From contig CAYRUS010000001.1 in the NCBI GenBank assembly GCA_964427735.1, forward strand, positions 98,173 through 162,172: 64,000 nucleotides of DNA, written 5' to 3'. Shown piece by piece: positions 38,300-49,200 of the stretch; positions within the stretch are counted from its first letter, which is position 1, and each line of letters begins with the position of its first letter. The stretch is from an uncultured Gammaproteobacteria bacterium. Lineage in GTDB: Bacteria > Patescibacteriota > Microgenomatia > UBA8517. The translations under genes and the position numbers were made by a program. The notes under the pieces are model-generated. The model searched no databases and was not told the origin of the DNA. It saw only the letters and a list, made by a program, of their open reading frames with translations.

Positions 38300-41173
38300 T
38301 TATAGTGGTTTAACTTCTAAATTATCACCTTTCAATATTTTATTAGCCAAGGTTTTAATTTTTACTGTATTTAATAGCTCCTCGTCTTGTGGGATCCACG
38401 GTGACACGACTTCCACTTTTTGAGTTAGGTCTGTTCCTATTCTTCTTCTTTCTTGCTGGATTTGCCTAACTAATTCTCTTGCTTTAGCTTCTTCTTCTAA
38501 TTCCTTTGTGATTGTTGTATCCAAAACTACTTCCAGTTGATTAGATTTTTCTAATTCCACATTTTTGACATTTAATTCATCTCTAATCAACTGTAAATAT
38601 TCTTCCGGAAGATCTTTCTCTTCACTTTTAATTGTTAAAGCGGATAGGGGCTGTCGAACTGGTATTTGCATTTCCTTTCTCTCGGCGTGCCCTCTTTCTA
38701 CTACATCACGTAAAAATTTCATATTTCCCAAAATCTCATTATCAATATCTATTTCTACCAAAGGCCAATCTGCCAAATGTACAGATTCTGCTTTGGTTAA
38801 GTTTTTATATATTTCCTCTGAAACAAAAGGAACGACAGGTGCAGATAACTTCATTAGAGTTAATAAGGTATTATAAGTTGTTGAATAAAACGAAAGTTTA
38901 TCTTCTTTGTCTTCTGCTGATGGCCCAACTCTGTCTCTGCTTCTTCTTATATACCATTTTGAAAAATCATCTATAAATTTTTGCAAATTATAAACGTAAT
39001 CGACAGTATTATATTCCTCCAAGTTCTTGGTAGTTTCGATTATTAACTTATTTAATAAAGATTCTAACCACTCATCTAAAATGTTTTTATTTGTTACACT
39101 ATCTTGGTCAGGATTCCAGCCATCCAAGTTCGCGTATAAAACAAAGAAGTTATAGATGTTCCACATAGGTAAAATAAAGTTTTTTATTTGATCTCTATAT
39201 TGCTCTTCAGAAATTAGAATATCTTCACCTCTCATTACAGGACTTCCCATTAAATATAGCCTCAAAGCATCTCCTCCATACTTTTCTAACATTTCTTTTG
39301 GATCAGGGTAATTACCATAGTTTTTGCTCATTTTCCTTCCATCAGTCCCTAATATAACTCCAGTGACAACTACATTTTCTGCCAATTTATTTTTATTTTC
39401 CTTTTCTCTCAGTTTTAGTGCATTTGCAATTACATGAAGTACATAAAACCAAGCTCTGATCTGCCCTGTATATTCGACAATAAAATCTGGCGGATAGAAT
39501 TGCTCTAAATCTTCTTTATTTTCAAAAGGATAATGCCTTTCAGCTAGGGATGCAGATCCAGCTTCAATCCAACTATCAAGTACCTCTGGAACTCTACGGG
39601 CTTCGCCGTCACATTTTTTGCACTTAATTGTGATTTCATCAATCTCGGGTTTATGTAAACTTTCAACTTTTTGATTTGACAACTCTTCCAACTCTTTTAT
39701 TGAACCGGTTACATATCTTTCACCACAATCACATTCCCAGACAGGAACAGGAGATCCCCAATATCTTGTTCTTGAAATGTTCCAATCAGGAGCAGCTTCC
39801 ATGCTTTTTAGGAAACGTCCGTGCTTAAAATGACTAGGTACCCAATTTACAAATTCATTAGTTTTCTTTAAATCATCTTTTAGCTTTTGAACATTAACAT
39901 ACCACGCATTCTGAGGGTTATAAAATAGTCGGGTATGACATCTCCAGCAAGTTGCAACTGAGTGTGTATGCATATCTTCTCGGTACATCAACCCTCTTTC
40001 TTCCAGATCTTTGTTTACTAACTCATTAACTTCTAAATAATTCATACCTGCCCATCTTGGTACATCTGAGGTCAAAAATCCTTCTTCATCGACATGAAGT
40101 ACTACCTGAATATTCTCTTTCTTCATAACATCAAGGTCTTCTTCACCATAAGCAGCAATTGTGACTACACCTGTGCCTTCATCAGCAGTAACGAAATCTC
40201 CGCCAACAACAACAAAAGCTCTTTTGTCAGGTTCTATATCATAAAAATCGTAATGAGGTTCAAAACTTAGTCCAATTAAATCCTTACCTTTAAATTTTTC
40301 TATAACTTTATATGGTTCATCCTTAAGTATTTCCAGTGTTTCTTTGGCTAATATATAAAATTCATCAGCTTGTTTAACTTTTACATATTCTAGTTTAGGA
40401 TTGACAGCCAGAGCAGGAGTTGCGATTTTATTCCACGGTGTTGTAGACCAGGCCAACAAAAATGTGTCTTCTTGCCCTTTGACTTTGTATTTATACACAT
40501 TTGCAGGTTCTGTAATTGAGACATAGTTCTCAGGGTCCATAGCGACTTCGAAATTTGATATCGGTGTAGAACAATGCGGGCAAAATAATGAGACTCTTAA
40601 ACCTTTATATATAAAACCTTTTTCATACATTTGTTTAAAGACCCACATTACACTTTCCATGTAGTCTTTATCCATAGTTTTGTAGGCATTTTTAAAATCT
40701 ACCCACCTTGCCACATGGTCTACATACCACTCCCACTCACTCGAAACTTCACTCACATAGGCTCTGCATTCCTGGATAAATTTGGCAACACCTACTTTTT
40801 CTTCTATGTCTCTTTTCCTTTTTATTCCAAGTTTTCCTTCAACTTTGTTTTCTGCGGGCAGTCCATGACAATCCCAACCCCAAACTCTTCTCACTCTGTA
40901 ACCTTTCATTGTCCAGTATCTTGGAAACAAATCTTTTGGAATGCTTGATAAAAGAGATCCATAGTGTGGTATTCCAGTAATAAAAGGAGGTCCGTCTAAA
41001 AATGTCCAAGTTTTATCTTTCGGATTATTATCAACTGATTTTTCGAATATCTTGTTTTCTTTCCAATAATCAATTAATTTCCCTTCAATATCAGGAAAAT
41101 TTACTCGTGTATCTACAGGATCAAAATAGGGCTTGTTCTTGGTCATTAGTGGTAATTGTACTACAAAATTCAA
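38300..41173 (-). CDS. ileS: isoleucyl-tRNA synthetase, type 2 (eukaryote/archaeal-like)
   Basis: WGWDCHGLP and KMSKNYGN (KMSKS) are present. The class-I HIGH motif appears as GIPHYGS, which is the type-2 HYGH variant with its last His replaced by Ser. The protein is 957 aa. Confidence 0.88.
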   Translation of the reverse strand: MNFVVQLPLMTKNKPYFDPVDTRVNFPDIEGKLIDYWKENKIFEKSVDNNPKDKTWTFLDGPPFITGIPHYGSLLSSIPKDLFPRYWTMKGYRVRRVWGWDCHGLPAENKVEGKLGIKRKRDIEEKVGVAKFIQECRAYVSEVSSEWEWYVDHVARWVDFKNAYKTMDKDYMESVMWVFKQMYEKGFIYKGLRVSLFCPHCSTPISNFEVAMDPENYVSITEPANVYKYKVKGQEDTFLLAWSTTPWNKIATPALAVNPKLEYVKVKQADEFYILAKETLEILKDEPYKVIEKFKGKDLIGLSFEPHYDFYDIEPDKRAFVVVGGDFVTADEGTGVVTIAAYGEEDLDVMKKENIQVVLHVDEEGFLTSDVPRWAGMNYLEVNELVNKDLEERGLMYREDMHTHSVATCWRCHTRLFYNPQNAWYVNVQKLKDDLKKTNEFVNWVPSHFKHGRFLKSMEAAPDWNISRTRYWGSPVPVWECDCGERYVTGSIKELEELSNQKVESLHKPEIDEITIKCKKCDGEARRVPEVLDSWIEAGSASLAERHYPFENKEDLEQFYPPDFIVEYTGQIRAWFYVLHVIANALKLREKENKNKLAENVVVTGVILGTDGRKMSKNYGNYPDPKEMLEKYGGDALRLYLMGSPVMRGEDILISEEQYRDQIKNFILPMWNIYNFFVLYANLDGWNPDQDSVTNKNILDEWLESLLNKLIIETTKNLEEYNTVDYVYNLQKFIDDFSKWYIRRSRDRVGPSAEDKEDKLSFYSTTYNTLLTLMKLSAPVVPFVSEEIYKNLTKAESVHLADWPLVEIDIDNEILGNMKFLRDVVERGHAERKEMQIPVRQPLSALTIKSEEKDLPEEYLQLIRDELNVKNVELEKSNQLEVVLDTTITKELEEEAKARELVRQIQQERRRIGTDLTQKVEVVSPWIPQDEELLNTVKIKTLANKILKGDNLEVKPL

Positions 41174-41197
41174 TCAGATTAAAACTAAATAAAAGCC

Positions 41198-42406
41198 TTA
41201 CTGCTGAATTTTACGAAGAAACGCGGGAATTTCAAATTTCTCACCAAAAACATCATTTTTGTCATTTGAATCCTTATCATCTTTATCATTTTCCTCTTCC
41301 TTCACTGTAGATTGAGTGGTGTGTATCATATCTTCTTCAGTATCTCTTTGTGGTACATTATTGGTTTCATTTGTAACCATCTGCATATCTTGAACTGGTC
41401 GAACACTTTGAGGAACTCTTTCTTGGGACATCTTGGCAAGCCTAGCTCGTGTTTCGTCAAATCCTGTAGCAATTACAGTAATCCTAATTTTGTCGTTCAA
41501 TCCCTCTTTAATAACAGCACCAAATATGATATTGGCATCTGGATCTGCGGCATTAGAAATAATTCTTGCTGCCTCATCAACCTCAAACATAGTCATGTCA
41601 GGACCACCGGCAATGTTAAACAACACTCCACGAGCACCCTCTATTGATAAATCAAGAAGTGGTGAAGATATCGCTGCGCGTGCTGCCATTTGTCCTCTGT
41701 TTTCACCGACACCTGTTCCAAGACCAAGAAGTGCAGAACCTGCATCTTTCATAATTGTCTTAACATCAGCAAAATCTACGTTAATAAGTCCTGCCGTTGT
41801 AATAATCTCTGAAATTCCACCTACAGCCTGCCCTAGGACTGAATCAGCCACCTTGAAAGCCTCGACGAGAGACATTTTTTTATCTATCACATCCATTAAT
41901 CTTTGGTTGGGAATGGCAATAAGCGTATCCACATTTTCGCGGAGCTTATCAATACCTTCTTCTGCAACAACACTTCTCCTTGCACCTTCAAAAGCAAATG
42001 GTTTTGTAACCACTCCAACAGTTAATGCTCCTGCTTCTTTTGCTAATTTTGCGACAGTTGGAGAGGCGCCGGTTCCAGTACCTCCACCCATTCCTGCAGT
42101 AACAAAAACCATATCAGAATCAATCAAAAGTTCTTTTATTTTTTCTACTGACTCTTGAGCTGCCTGCTCACCAATGTCTGGATTTCCACCAACACCTAAA
42201 CCCTTGGTTAATTTTTCTCCTATCTGAAGTTTGGTTGAAGCTTTATTTTGAAGAAGAACCTGTGCATCTGTGTTTATTGCTACAAATTCAACACCTTGAA
42301 TCTCGCCACTTTCGATCATTGAAGTGATGGCATTACCTCCTCCGCCACCTACTCCGATGACTTTAATTTTTGCTATTCGAGCAGAATCTGGTTTTACTAA
42401 CGCCAT
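41198..42406 (-). CDS. ftsZ: cell division GTPase FtsZ
   Basis: [13 protein letters not shown] and GGGTGTG are present. It has an acidic C-terminal tail. Confidence 0.95.
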   Translation of the reverse strand: MALVKPDSARIAKIKVIGVGGGGGNAITSMIESGEIQGVEFVAINTDAQVLLQNKASTKLQIGEKLTKGLGVGGNPDIGEQAAQESVEKIKELLIDSDMVFVTAGMGGGTGTGASPTVAKLAKEAGALTVGVVTKPFAFEGARRSVVAEEGIDKLRENVDTLIAIPNQRLMDVIDKKMSLVEAFKVADSVLGQAVGGISEIITTAGLINVDFADVKTIMKDAGSALLGLGTGVGENRGQMAARAAISSPLLDLSIEGARGVLFNIAGGPDMTMFEVDEAARIISNAADPDANIIFGAVIKEGLNDKIRITVIATGFDETRARLAKMSQERVPQSVRPVQDMQMVTNETNNVPQRDTEEDMIHTTQSTVKEEENDKDDKDSNDKNDVFGEKFEIPAFLRKIQQ

Positions 42407-42507
42407 AAGTTTATAGCTTCTTAGGGCAGATTGTATATGAGGCTTTGGATAAAGTAAAGCATGTGACTTTATCTGCCATTAGTAACACAAACAAAATTTT
42501 TAACAAA

Positions 42508-43776
42508 TCAAGGTAGCAGTTCTTTAAACTTTTCTACAAAATTTCCAAGTAATCCTTTGCTTGGTATTCTTAATTTTTTGGCAAAAGGCATTCCTGCATC
42601 ATGAGCGTCTTCTTTAGAACCAAAAATTATCAAGCCAATCGGTACTGCGTATGCTGGACTTAAGACATCATCTACTAAACCTGTAACTCCTTGTGGTACA
42701 CCAATTCGAACAGGTAAAGACAACATTCTCTTTGCAGAATCTATAACACCTACAGTCTCAGCCCCTCCACCAGTTACAATTGCACCTGATGGAATACTCG
42801 TTGCAAGCCCCGCTTTTTCCAAATCAAGCCTTACCATTGTAAATATTTCATTTAGTCTTGGTCTAATTATTCCTTCTACTAAAGTTTTTCGAGATACATT
42901 CTTTATTTCTTTTAATCCCAACTTGTCTAAGTCAATCTGATCACTGTCCTCATCTTCACTTTTCTTGTCCGTATCAGCTGATAAGTATAGTTTTATCTTC
43001 TCAGCAGATTCTAATGAGACTCGAAGACCTATTGCAAGATCGTTGGTAACATTTTTAGCACCAATTGGAATTACAGAGGAATATGCTAAAGATCCATCTA
43101 TAAAAGCTGCGACAGAAGTAGTTCCACCACCTATATCAACAACAACACAGCCCAACTCCTTTTCCGTGTTTGAGAGAACTGCCTCTGATGCGGCAACACC
43201 AGTAAATATCATGTTTTCAATATTTATACCAACTTCTGTAATTGCTTTTCGAATATTTCTAACCGAAGCCGCAGAGGCCGTCACCACATGTGTCTCCACC
43301 TCAAGTCTTACCCCACTCATCCCTATGGGGTCTTTGACTCCTGAATCACCATCAACACTAAAATCACGAGGTATGACATGTAGAACCTCTCTTGATGAGG
43401 GAAGGTTAATTGCAGAAGCTGCTTCGATAACTCTATCTATATCATCTACTGTTATTTCCTCATCTGGCCTAGAAACTGCTACAACACCTCTGGAATTTTG
43501 AGAGTTAATATTTCCTCCTCCAACTGCAAGATATGCTGAATCAAGATTATAACCAGCCATTCTTTCAGCTGCCTCAACGCTTTCGATAACTGCTTCCACT
43601 GCTTCTTCAATATTTACAATTTGACCTTTGCGTACTCCATGTGACTCGACTGAAGACACACCTACTATGCTTATCTTTTTCTCGAAAGTTACTTGATCTG
43701 ACTGAAGCTGGGCTATAATCGTTGATATTTTACTAGATCCCAACTCAATTCCTGCAATAATTCTGTTTCTAGACAT
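42508..43776 (-). CDS. ftsA: cell division protein FtsA (actin fold)
   Basis: IAGIELGSSKIST and VVVDIGGGTT actin-fold phosphate loops are present. It lies immediately upstream of ftsZ. Confidence 0.9.
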   Translation of the reverse strand: MSRNRIIAGIELGSSKISTIIAQLQSDQVTFEKKISIVGVSSVESHGVRKGQIVNIEEAVEAVIESVEAAERMAGYNLDSAYLAVGGGNINSQNSRGVVAVSRPDEEITVDDIDRVIEAASAINLPSSREVLHVIPRDFSVDGDSGVKDPIGMSGVRLEVETHVVTASAASVRNIRKAITEVGINIENMIFTGVAASEAVLSNTEKELGCVVVDIGGGTTSVAAFIDGSLAYSSVIPIGAKNVTNDLAIGLRVSLESAEKIKLYLSADTDKKSEDEDSDQIDLDKLGLKEIKNVSRKTLVEGIIRPRLNEIFTMVRLDLEKAGLATSIPSGAIVTGGGAETVGVIDSAKRMLSLPVRIGVPQGVTGLVDDVLSPAYAVPIGLIIFGSKEDAHDAGMPFAKKLRIPSKGLLGNFVEKFKELLP

Positions 43777-43896
43777 AAAACTATGTGGTTTACGAATTTA
43801 TATTATCATTTATACATTAATTACTTAAAGTAGCAAATATACTCAATAATTAGCTTATTCTACAGTATCAATGATACTTTGATTAGAAAAAGTTAT

Positions 43897-44595
43897 CTAC
43901 CTGATAATTGGATTTTCGTATCGCAAATCAACCTCACTAATTTTTATTTTATTATCATTAAGATTTTCTTCAATCTGGGAAAGTATAAATTGCAGTTTTC
44001 CCATTAACAAATCAATATTCTCGTCTACTGGAAAAATAACTTTTACGCCTTGTGGAAAAACAGCAACAACCGAACCAGAACTAAACTCTCCATGCCTTAT
44101 GCCATAGCTTTTGTAGAGTACGTTCAATAATTCAAGACCACTTTTTTTTGAATCATCAATAGATTGCCCTACATCAACCCCTTCCATATCTACTGATAAA
44201 TATGGCAAGGCAGTTGCATCCTGTATAGAAAGTACTTTTCCTGAACTGCTTATCAGCATATATTTGTTAAGGTTGGTAATTTTTAGTGCATAATCAGCTG
44301 ATTCCTGGATAAAAAATACTTCTACGCGATTAAATGGAATATAATGAAAGCGCACCATAGAAACTCCTTTATTTTCTAATAAATATGTTGATGCCTTTTT
44401 CTTAAAGGAGAAATAATTAGATTCTGAAAACTTATTTAAATCATTCAGTGTGGTACTATCACATGCACCATACTGTGTTGTACAACTCACTTCATTCACA
44501 ATTGCAAGTCTAGAATAGACAATAAATATAATCAAAAATAATAGTAATATCCCAAATACTGTTACTTTTTTTCTATGTTTAATACTTCTTTTCAT
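43897..44595 (-). CDS. ftsQ: FtsQ/DivIB-like division protein
   Basis: It has a basic N-terminus, one TM helix and an extracytoplasmic domain. It occupies the canonical position between murG and ftsA. Confidence 0.55.
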   Translation of the reverse strand: MKRSIKHRKKVTVFGILLLFLIIFIVYSRLAIVNEVSCTTQYGACDSTTLNDLNKFSESNYFSFKKKASTYLLENKGVSMVRFHYIPFNRVEVFFIQESADYALKITNLNKYMLISSSGKVLSIQDATALPYLSVDMEGVDVGQSIDDSKKSGLELLNVLYKSYGIRHGEFSSGSVVAVFPQGVKVIFPVDENIDLLMGKLQFILSQIEENLNDNKIKISEVDLRYENPIIR

Positions 44596-45706
44596 CTAAA
44601 AGGGAGGATACTAAATTAACAAGTCTTTCCGATGCTTTTTCATCTGTACTTTCTTTATTAGATACTTTATTAATTATGTTTTGCCAATTATTATCAACTT
44701 TTATAATTTCATCTAATAGTCTTTCTCCATTTAAATCTTTCTGGGGAAGAATACTCGCTATCCCATAATCTTTTGCATAAATAGCATTCTTTGTTTGTTC
44801 ATCCAAGTAACTCCATGGAATAGGTATTAAAACTGCTGGCCTTTTTGTATAAATTATTTCGGAAACAGTATTAGCACCCGCCCTTGATATAATAATATCT
44901 GCTTCCTGAAAATACTCTTTAATATCATTTGGTTCAGCAATTGAAAAAACTTTATATTTTTTCTGCTTTTGACTATCTAAATTTTTATAAATATTCTCTG
45001 CTTTATCGAAATCAAGATGTCCTACCTGATGAATAACTTTATATTTTTTTAGAAGTTTATCCAAAATCTCAAATACAGCATTATTTATAATTTGTGATCC
45101 TCTAGAACCACCGGTTATATAGATTACTTTAGGCTTATTTGGGGTCTTTTTAATTTTCACATTTTTGATTTTATTGCTTATTGGATTTCCAATCACTGCA
45201 GACTTCTCTTTTGGAAAATATTTTTTGCTAGTTTCTCGGGCGAGAGCTATTTTAGAAGCAAAATAAGAGCTTTTTCTATTGGCCAACCCAGCAGCACTGG
45301 TTTGTTCATGAATCAATATTGGTTTTCTCCTGATCCAAGCATTAACTATAATAGGAAAAGCTGCAAATCCTCCAAAAGACAAAACTACACTAGGATTTAT
45401 CTTTTTCAAAATCAGAAATCCATGGATAAATCCAATGGGGATTTTTAAGAGGGAAACAAGTGACTGAACACTTAATTTTCGTTGTATTTTACCAGTATAA
45501 ACATAATACATATTGACACCAGTTTTTGAAAATATATTTTTTTCAAGTGTTGGAACATTTTTCCCTTCTAAGGCATACCTTGCCCCAACCCAATACAAAT
45601 CCCAATTTTTCCCTTGTCTTTTTATTTCTTCGATAGTAGAAAGTGCAGTTGTAGCAGCATGTCCTCCTGTTAACAGTATATTGAATTTGTCCGGTTTATT
45701 TTTCAT
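44579..45706 (-). CDS. murG: undecaprenyldiphospho-muramoylpentapeptide beta-N-acetylglucosaminyltransferase
   Basis: ILLTGGHAATT and YITGGSRGSQ are MurG motifs. Confidence 0.85.
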   Translation of the reverse strand: MKNKPDKFNILLTGGHAATTALSTIEEIKRQGKNWDLYWVGARYALEGKNVPTLEKNIFSKTGVNMYYVYTGKIQRKLSVQSLVSLLKIPIGFIHGFLILKKINPSVVLSFGGFAAFPIIVNAWIRRKPILIHEQTSAAGLANRKSSYFASKIALARETSKKYFPKEKSAVIGNPISNKIKNVKIKKTPNKPKVIYITGGSRGSQIINNAVFEILDKLLKKYKVIHQVGHLDFDKAENIYKNLDSQKQKKYKVFSIAEPNDIKEYFQEADIIISRAGANTVSEIIYTKRPAVLIPIPWSYLDEQTKNAIYAKDYGIASILPQKDLNGERLLDEIIKVDNNWQNIINKVSNKESTDEKASERLVNLVSSLLDEKKY

Positions 45707-46796
45707 CCGAGTATTTTGAAATATTTAATAGTATACCAGTAGCAAAAAGGATCATCACCAATGCAGATCCACCATACGAAAAAAATGGTAATGGTACTCC
45801 CGTCAATGGAACAAGAGCAACCATTGCAGCTATGTTCAACAAAGCTTGTCCGCCAATCCATACTGTTAAACCTAGTGACAAACTTTTGGAAAAATCATCT
45901 GGAGCACGAACCGCAATCGACAAAGCCTTGTAAATAAACGTACACAATAGTGCAATAATTACTATCGCTCCTAAAAATCCTGTCTCTTCTGCAATAACTG
46001 CAAAAATAGAATCACTCGCAGATTCTGGTAAAAATAAATATTTTTGTCGTGATTTTCCCAAACCTACACCCGTAAAACCTCCCATCCCTAGAGCGTATAA
46101 TATTTGACGTATGTGATAACCTTTTCCTAAAGGATCACTAGTGACTTGAATGAATGTCATTAACCTGTCTCTTCTGTAATCAGACAACAATACTAAGGCT
46201 GAACTAGCAATTCCCCCGGATAGAAGGATTAAACCAAATTGTTTCAAATTTACTCCAGATACAAAAATCTGTGATAATGCTATTGTGGAAAGCGCGATTG
46301 CAGTTCCCAAATCAGGTTGTAACATAATAAGTACCCCAACTAATCCCAAAGGTACTAAGTAAGCAATTAAATCCTTTTTGCTTTGAGTTAATTTAGCGAA
46401 ATAAAGTGCTATTGCAAGTTTTGCAAATTCTGACGGTTGAAATGAAAGTGGACCTAAAGCAAGCCATCTTCTTGCCCCAAGAACTTTTGTACCTATTCCT
46501 GGGATTACAACTAAAATTAGGGCAAATATACTAGCACCAAAAATATAAATTGAAAATTTGCTCCAAATGCTATAGTGAATCTTTGTGGTTACTATCATCA
46601 AAATTATTCCAAATAATGCCCATACCAATTGCTGCTTGACGAAAAAAAACTTATCATCAAAAGCATTCAACGCCTGAGGAGCACTTGCATCAGCAACAAC
46701 TATTAATCCAAGGACTGTAAGCCCTAATGTTAACAAAAACAAGCTTTTATCTATATTTCCGGATTTGCTTTTTATTTTATAGCGTTTTCTTCGCAC
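45696..46796 (-). CDS. ftsW: SEDS family lipid II polymerase FtsW
   Basis: It carries SEDS signatures (ESASDSIFAVIAEETGFLG, GVPLPFFSYGGS). It lies between mraY and murG. The track start is a GTG. Confidence 0.8.
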   Translation of the reverse strand: MRRKRYKIKSKSGNIDKSLFLLTLGLTVLGLIVVADASAPQALNAFDDKFFFVKQQLVWALFGIILMIVTTKIHYSIWSKFSIYIFGASIFALILVVIPGIGTKVLGARRWLALGPLSFQPSEFAKLAIALYFAKLTQSKKDLIAYLVPLGLVGVLIMLQPDLGTAIALSTIALSQIFVSGVNLKQFGLILLSGGIASSALVLLSDYRRDRLMTFIQVTSDPLGKGYHIRQILYALGMGGFTGVGLGKSRQKYLFLPESASDSIFAVIAEETGFLGAIVIIALLCTFIYKALSIAVRAPDDFSKSLSLGLTVWIGGQALLNIAAMVALVPLTGVPLPFFSYGGSALVMILFATGILLNISKYSDEK

Positions 46797-46853
46797 ACTA
46801 TTATGTTAGCTTTTTCGAGGGTTTGAAGCTATATGAATTTTTACCAAAACTTT

Positions 46854-47906
46854 CTATATTGTGGCAAGCCAAAGACCAAAAATAGCAAGCATTATTCCGG
46901 CCAACCAGGCTCTCATAACTATCTTAGGCTCTTCCCAGCCCAGCGCTTCAAAAGTATGATGTAGTGGCGCAACCGGAAATATGGGTTTATTCATAATTCT
47001 CCATCCAAATATCTGGATAGCAGAAGAGGCTAATTCTAATACAAAAATTCCTCCTATAACAAAAAGAGCAACTACACCTCCAGTTAAAAGTCCGATAACA
47101 CCCATCATTGCTCCAAAAGATAAAGCCCCCGCATCTCCTAAAAATATCCTCGCTGGCCAAACATTAAAATACAAAAATGCCATTATACTTCCAAGCCATA
47201 ATGCTATAAAAAAAGATAACGGTGTATCTAGACTGCTTGCTGCAATGACTCCAAAAGCCACCAAAAAAATAGCTAAAAGTCCTACAGATAACCCATCAAG
47301 TCCGTCAGTTATATTTAAAGCATTACTGAAAAAAACTATTATGAATGCAGCAAAAGGTACAAAAATTAGTCCGAGGTCGATTGTAAGGCCTAGTAAAGGA
47401 ATATAAATTATGCTTATACCTAAAGCGGAATATAGCATGTATGCAATAATTCCACCGAAAATCCATTGTAATATAAACTTTTGCTTATCAGTTAAACCAT
47501 AATGTAATAATTTCCTGCCTTTGCTGGGCTTACCAAATATCTTAACAAGATCATCAGAAAGTCCTATTGCCCCAAAAGACAGAAATGTTAAAAAAATCAC
47601 TCTAAGTTCAGAACGAAAATCATAGGCACTGCGAATATAGACACCCATATGAGATGCGAATGGAAAGAGTAAAAAAAATAAAAGGCTAACAATTGCTATA
47701 ATTAATATTCCCCCCCCAATAGGGGTACCAGCTTTTTTGTCGTGAAGTTTATCAAAAATATGAACATCACCTGTTTTAGGAGCTTGTTTTCTTCTTGTTA
47801 GTTTAAACTTATAAAGGATATTTATAAAAGGGACAATAATAATACTAGTAATAAAAAACGAAAACATCAAGAGACCTAAAAATAAAGTGATGGAGTTACC
47901 TGTCAT
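46854..47906 (-). CDS. mraY: phospho-N-acetylmuramoyl-pentapeptide transferase
   Basis: GLSDDL and NALNITDGLDGL are MraY signatures. The start was moved to the ATG at 47904-47906. Confidence 0.9.
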   Translation of the reverse strand: MTGNSITLFLGLLMFSFFITSIIIVPFINILYKFKLTRRKQAPKTGDVHIFDKLHDKKAGTPIGGGILIIAIVSLLFFLLFPFASHMGVYIRSAYDFRSELRVIFLTFLSFGAIGLSDDLVKIFGKPSKGRKLLHYGLTDKQKFILQWIFGGIIAYMLYSALGISIIYIPLLGLTIDLGLIFVPFAAFIIVFFSNALNITDGLDGLSVGLLAIFLVAFGVIAASSLDTPLSFFIALWLGSIMAFLYFNVWPARIFLGDAGALSFGAMMGVIGLLTGGVVALFVIGGIFVLELASSAIQIFGWRIMNKPIFPVAPLHHTFEALGWEEPKIVMRAWLAGIMLAIFGLWLATI

Positions 47907-47943
47907 ATAATCGTCTCTCAATTATAAGTAATGAAGTATGCTA

Positions 47944-49185
47944 TTACAACTTCTCTATAAGTTTTTCTAAACCAATAGATCTAGAACCTTTAATAAGTAC
48001 TACTGTATTAGTATTTAGAATCGGGTTTAAGATAGACAGTGCATCACTCCATTTATCTACGTGGTAAACATGATCCTTATTCATTCCAGCTTTAATGGCT
48101 TTTTGCCCTAAATACTTAGTCAAATTCCCAACACCAATCAAGTATTTGATATTTTTCCTAGCAAGATATTCACCTAATTTTTCGTGGCTAACTCTGTCAA
48201 GTTTACCTAATTCTAACATGTCACCAAATACAACTATTTTTTCATGCTGGTTTGTAATATTTGAAATTTGTAGCAATGTATCAATTGCAAGCTTAGCTGC
48301 TCGTGGATTGTTGTTGTAGGAATCATCTACAATAGTGGCTCCGGAATCATGTTGAAATATTTTCATTCTATGTTCCATAGGATTGAACGATTCTAAACCT
48401 TTTTTTATTAAAGAATAATCAATAGAAAATATACTAGCAACACATGCTGCTGCTAGTGAGTTTTCGACAAACTGTTTGCCTACGACAGGCAATTCAATGT
48501 TAATACTTTTCCCTAAATAAGATAATTCAAATGTAGTTGTAAATTTCTCTGTTATCCTGATTGATTTTGCTTCTATTTTGGTACCATTTCCAAACCATAT
48601 AATTCTTGCCACAGTTTCCCGAGACAAATTTGATGAATTTTCATCATCTCTATTTAATACTGCATAATCACTTTTACCTAAACTCTTAATTATTTTCCCT
48701 TTTTCCTCAAGTACTCCTTGAACATCTCCAAAATATTCAGTATGAGTTGCATCGATATTTGTTATAACTGAAACGTCCGGCTTTGCGAGCCACATATAAA
48801 AGTCCATATCACCTGGATATTCGATTCCCATTTCTAAAACTAAGTAACGACTATTTGTTCGTGATCGAAAGATGGTAGAGGGTATATTAAAAACAGGATC
48901 TATATTATCTCTAGAATAAACCGTATTATCGTGTTGCTTTAAAATAGACGAAATCATTTCTTTAGTTGTTGATTTTCCTGCACTCCCAGTAATTCCAATT
49001 ACTTTTAGATTTCCTTGTTTTCGAAGATACTCTAAATAACCGCGTGCCACCTTTCGTTTCAAAGGATGATAAATCCAATCCTTAGAAAATCTGAAGACAG
49101 CTTCTAAGTCGTTCAAATTACTTTTATAGTAATTTTCAGAAAGTTTTTGTCCTTGCCAAAGTTTCACTAATTTTTCCCTATTCAT
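47944..49185 (-). CDS. murF: UDP-MurNAc-tripeptide--D-alanyl-D-alanine ligase
   Basis: VIGITGSAGKSTTKEM is the Mur ligase P-loop. It has MurF-like middle and C-terminal domains. The N-terminal domain is short. Confidence 0.8.
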   Translation of the reverse strand: MNREKLVKLWQGQKLSENYYKSNLNDLEAVFRFSKDWIYHPLKRKVARGYLEYLRKQGNLKVIGITGSAGKSTTKEMISSILKQHDNTVYSRDNIDPVFNIPSTIFRSRTNSRYLVLEMGIEYPGDMDFYMWLAKPDVSVITNIDATHTEYFGDVQGVLEEKGKIIKSLGKSDYAVLNRDDENSSNLSRETVARIIWFGNGTKIEAKSIRITEKFTTTFELSYLGKSINIELPVVGKQFVENSLAAACVASIFSIDYSLIKKGLESFNPMEHRMKIFQHDSGATIVDDSYNNNPRAAKLAIDTLLQISNITNQHEKIVVFGDMLELGKLDRVSHEKLGEYLARKNIKYLIGVGNLTKYLGQKAIKAGMNKDHVYHVDKWSDALSILNPILNTNTVVLIKGSRSIGLEKLIEKL

Positions 49186-49200
49186 ATATAATCTTAAAAG

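Noticed and set aside
41174-41197. T-box or other riboswitch leaders for ileS and glyQS
   Set aside because: The upstream gaps are only 24 nt (ileS) and 52 nt (glyQS). That is too short for T-box leaders, so these genes appear co-transcribed with upstream genes.
41312-43501. Plus-strand ORFs antisense to ftsZ and ftsA (including a 241-aa one)
   Set aside because: The Ala/Ser/Thr-rich translations are the typical antisense artifact of Gly/Ala-rich FtsZ/FtsA coding sequence.
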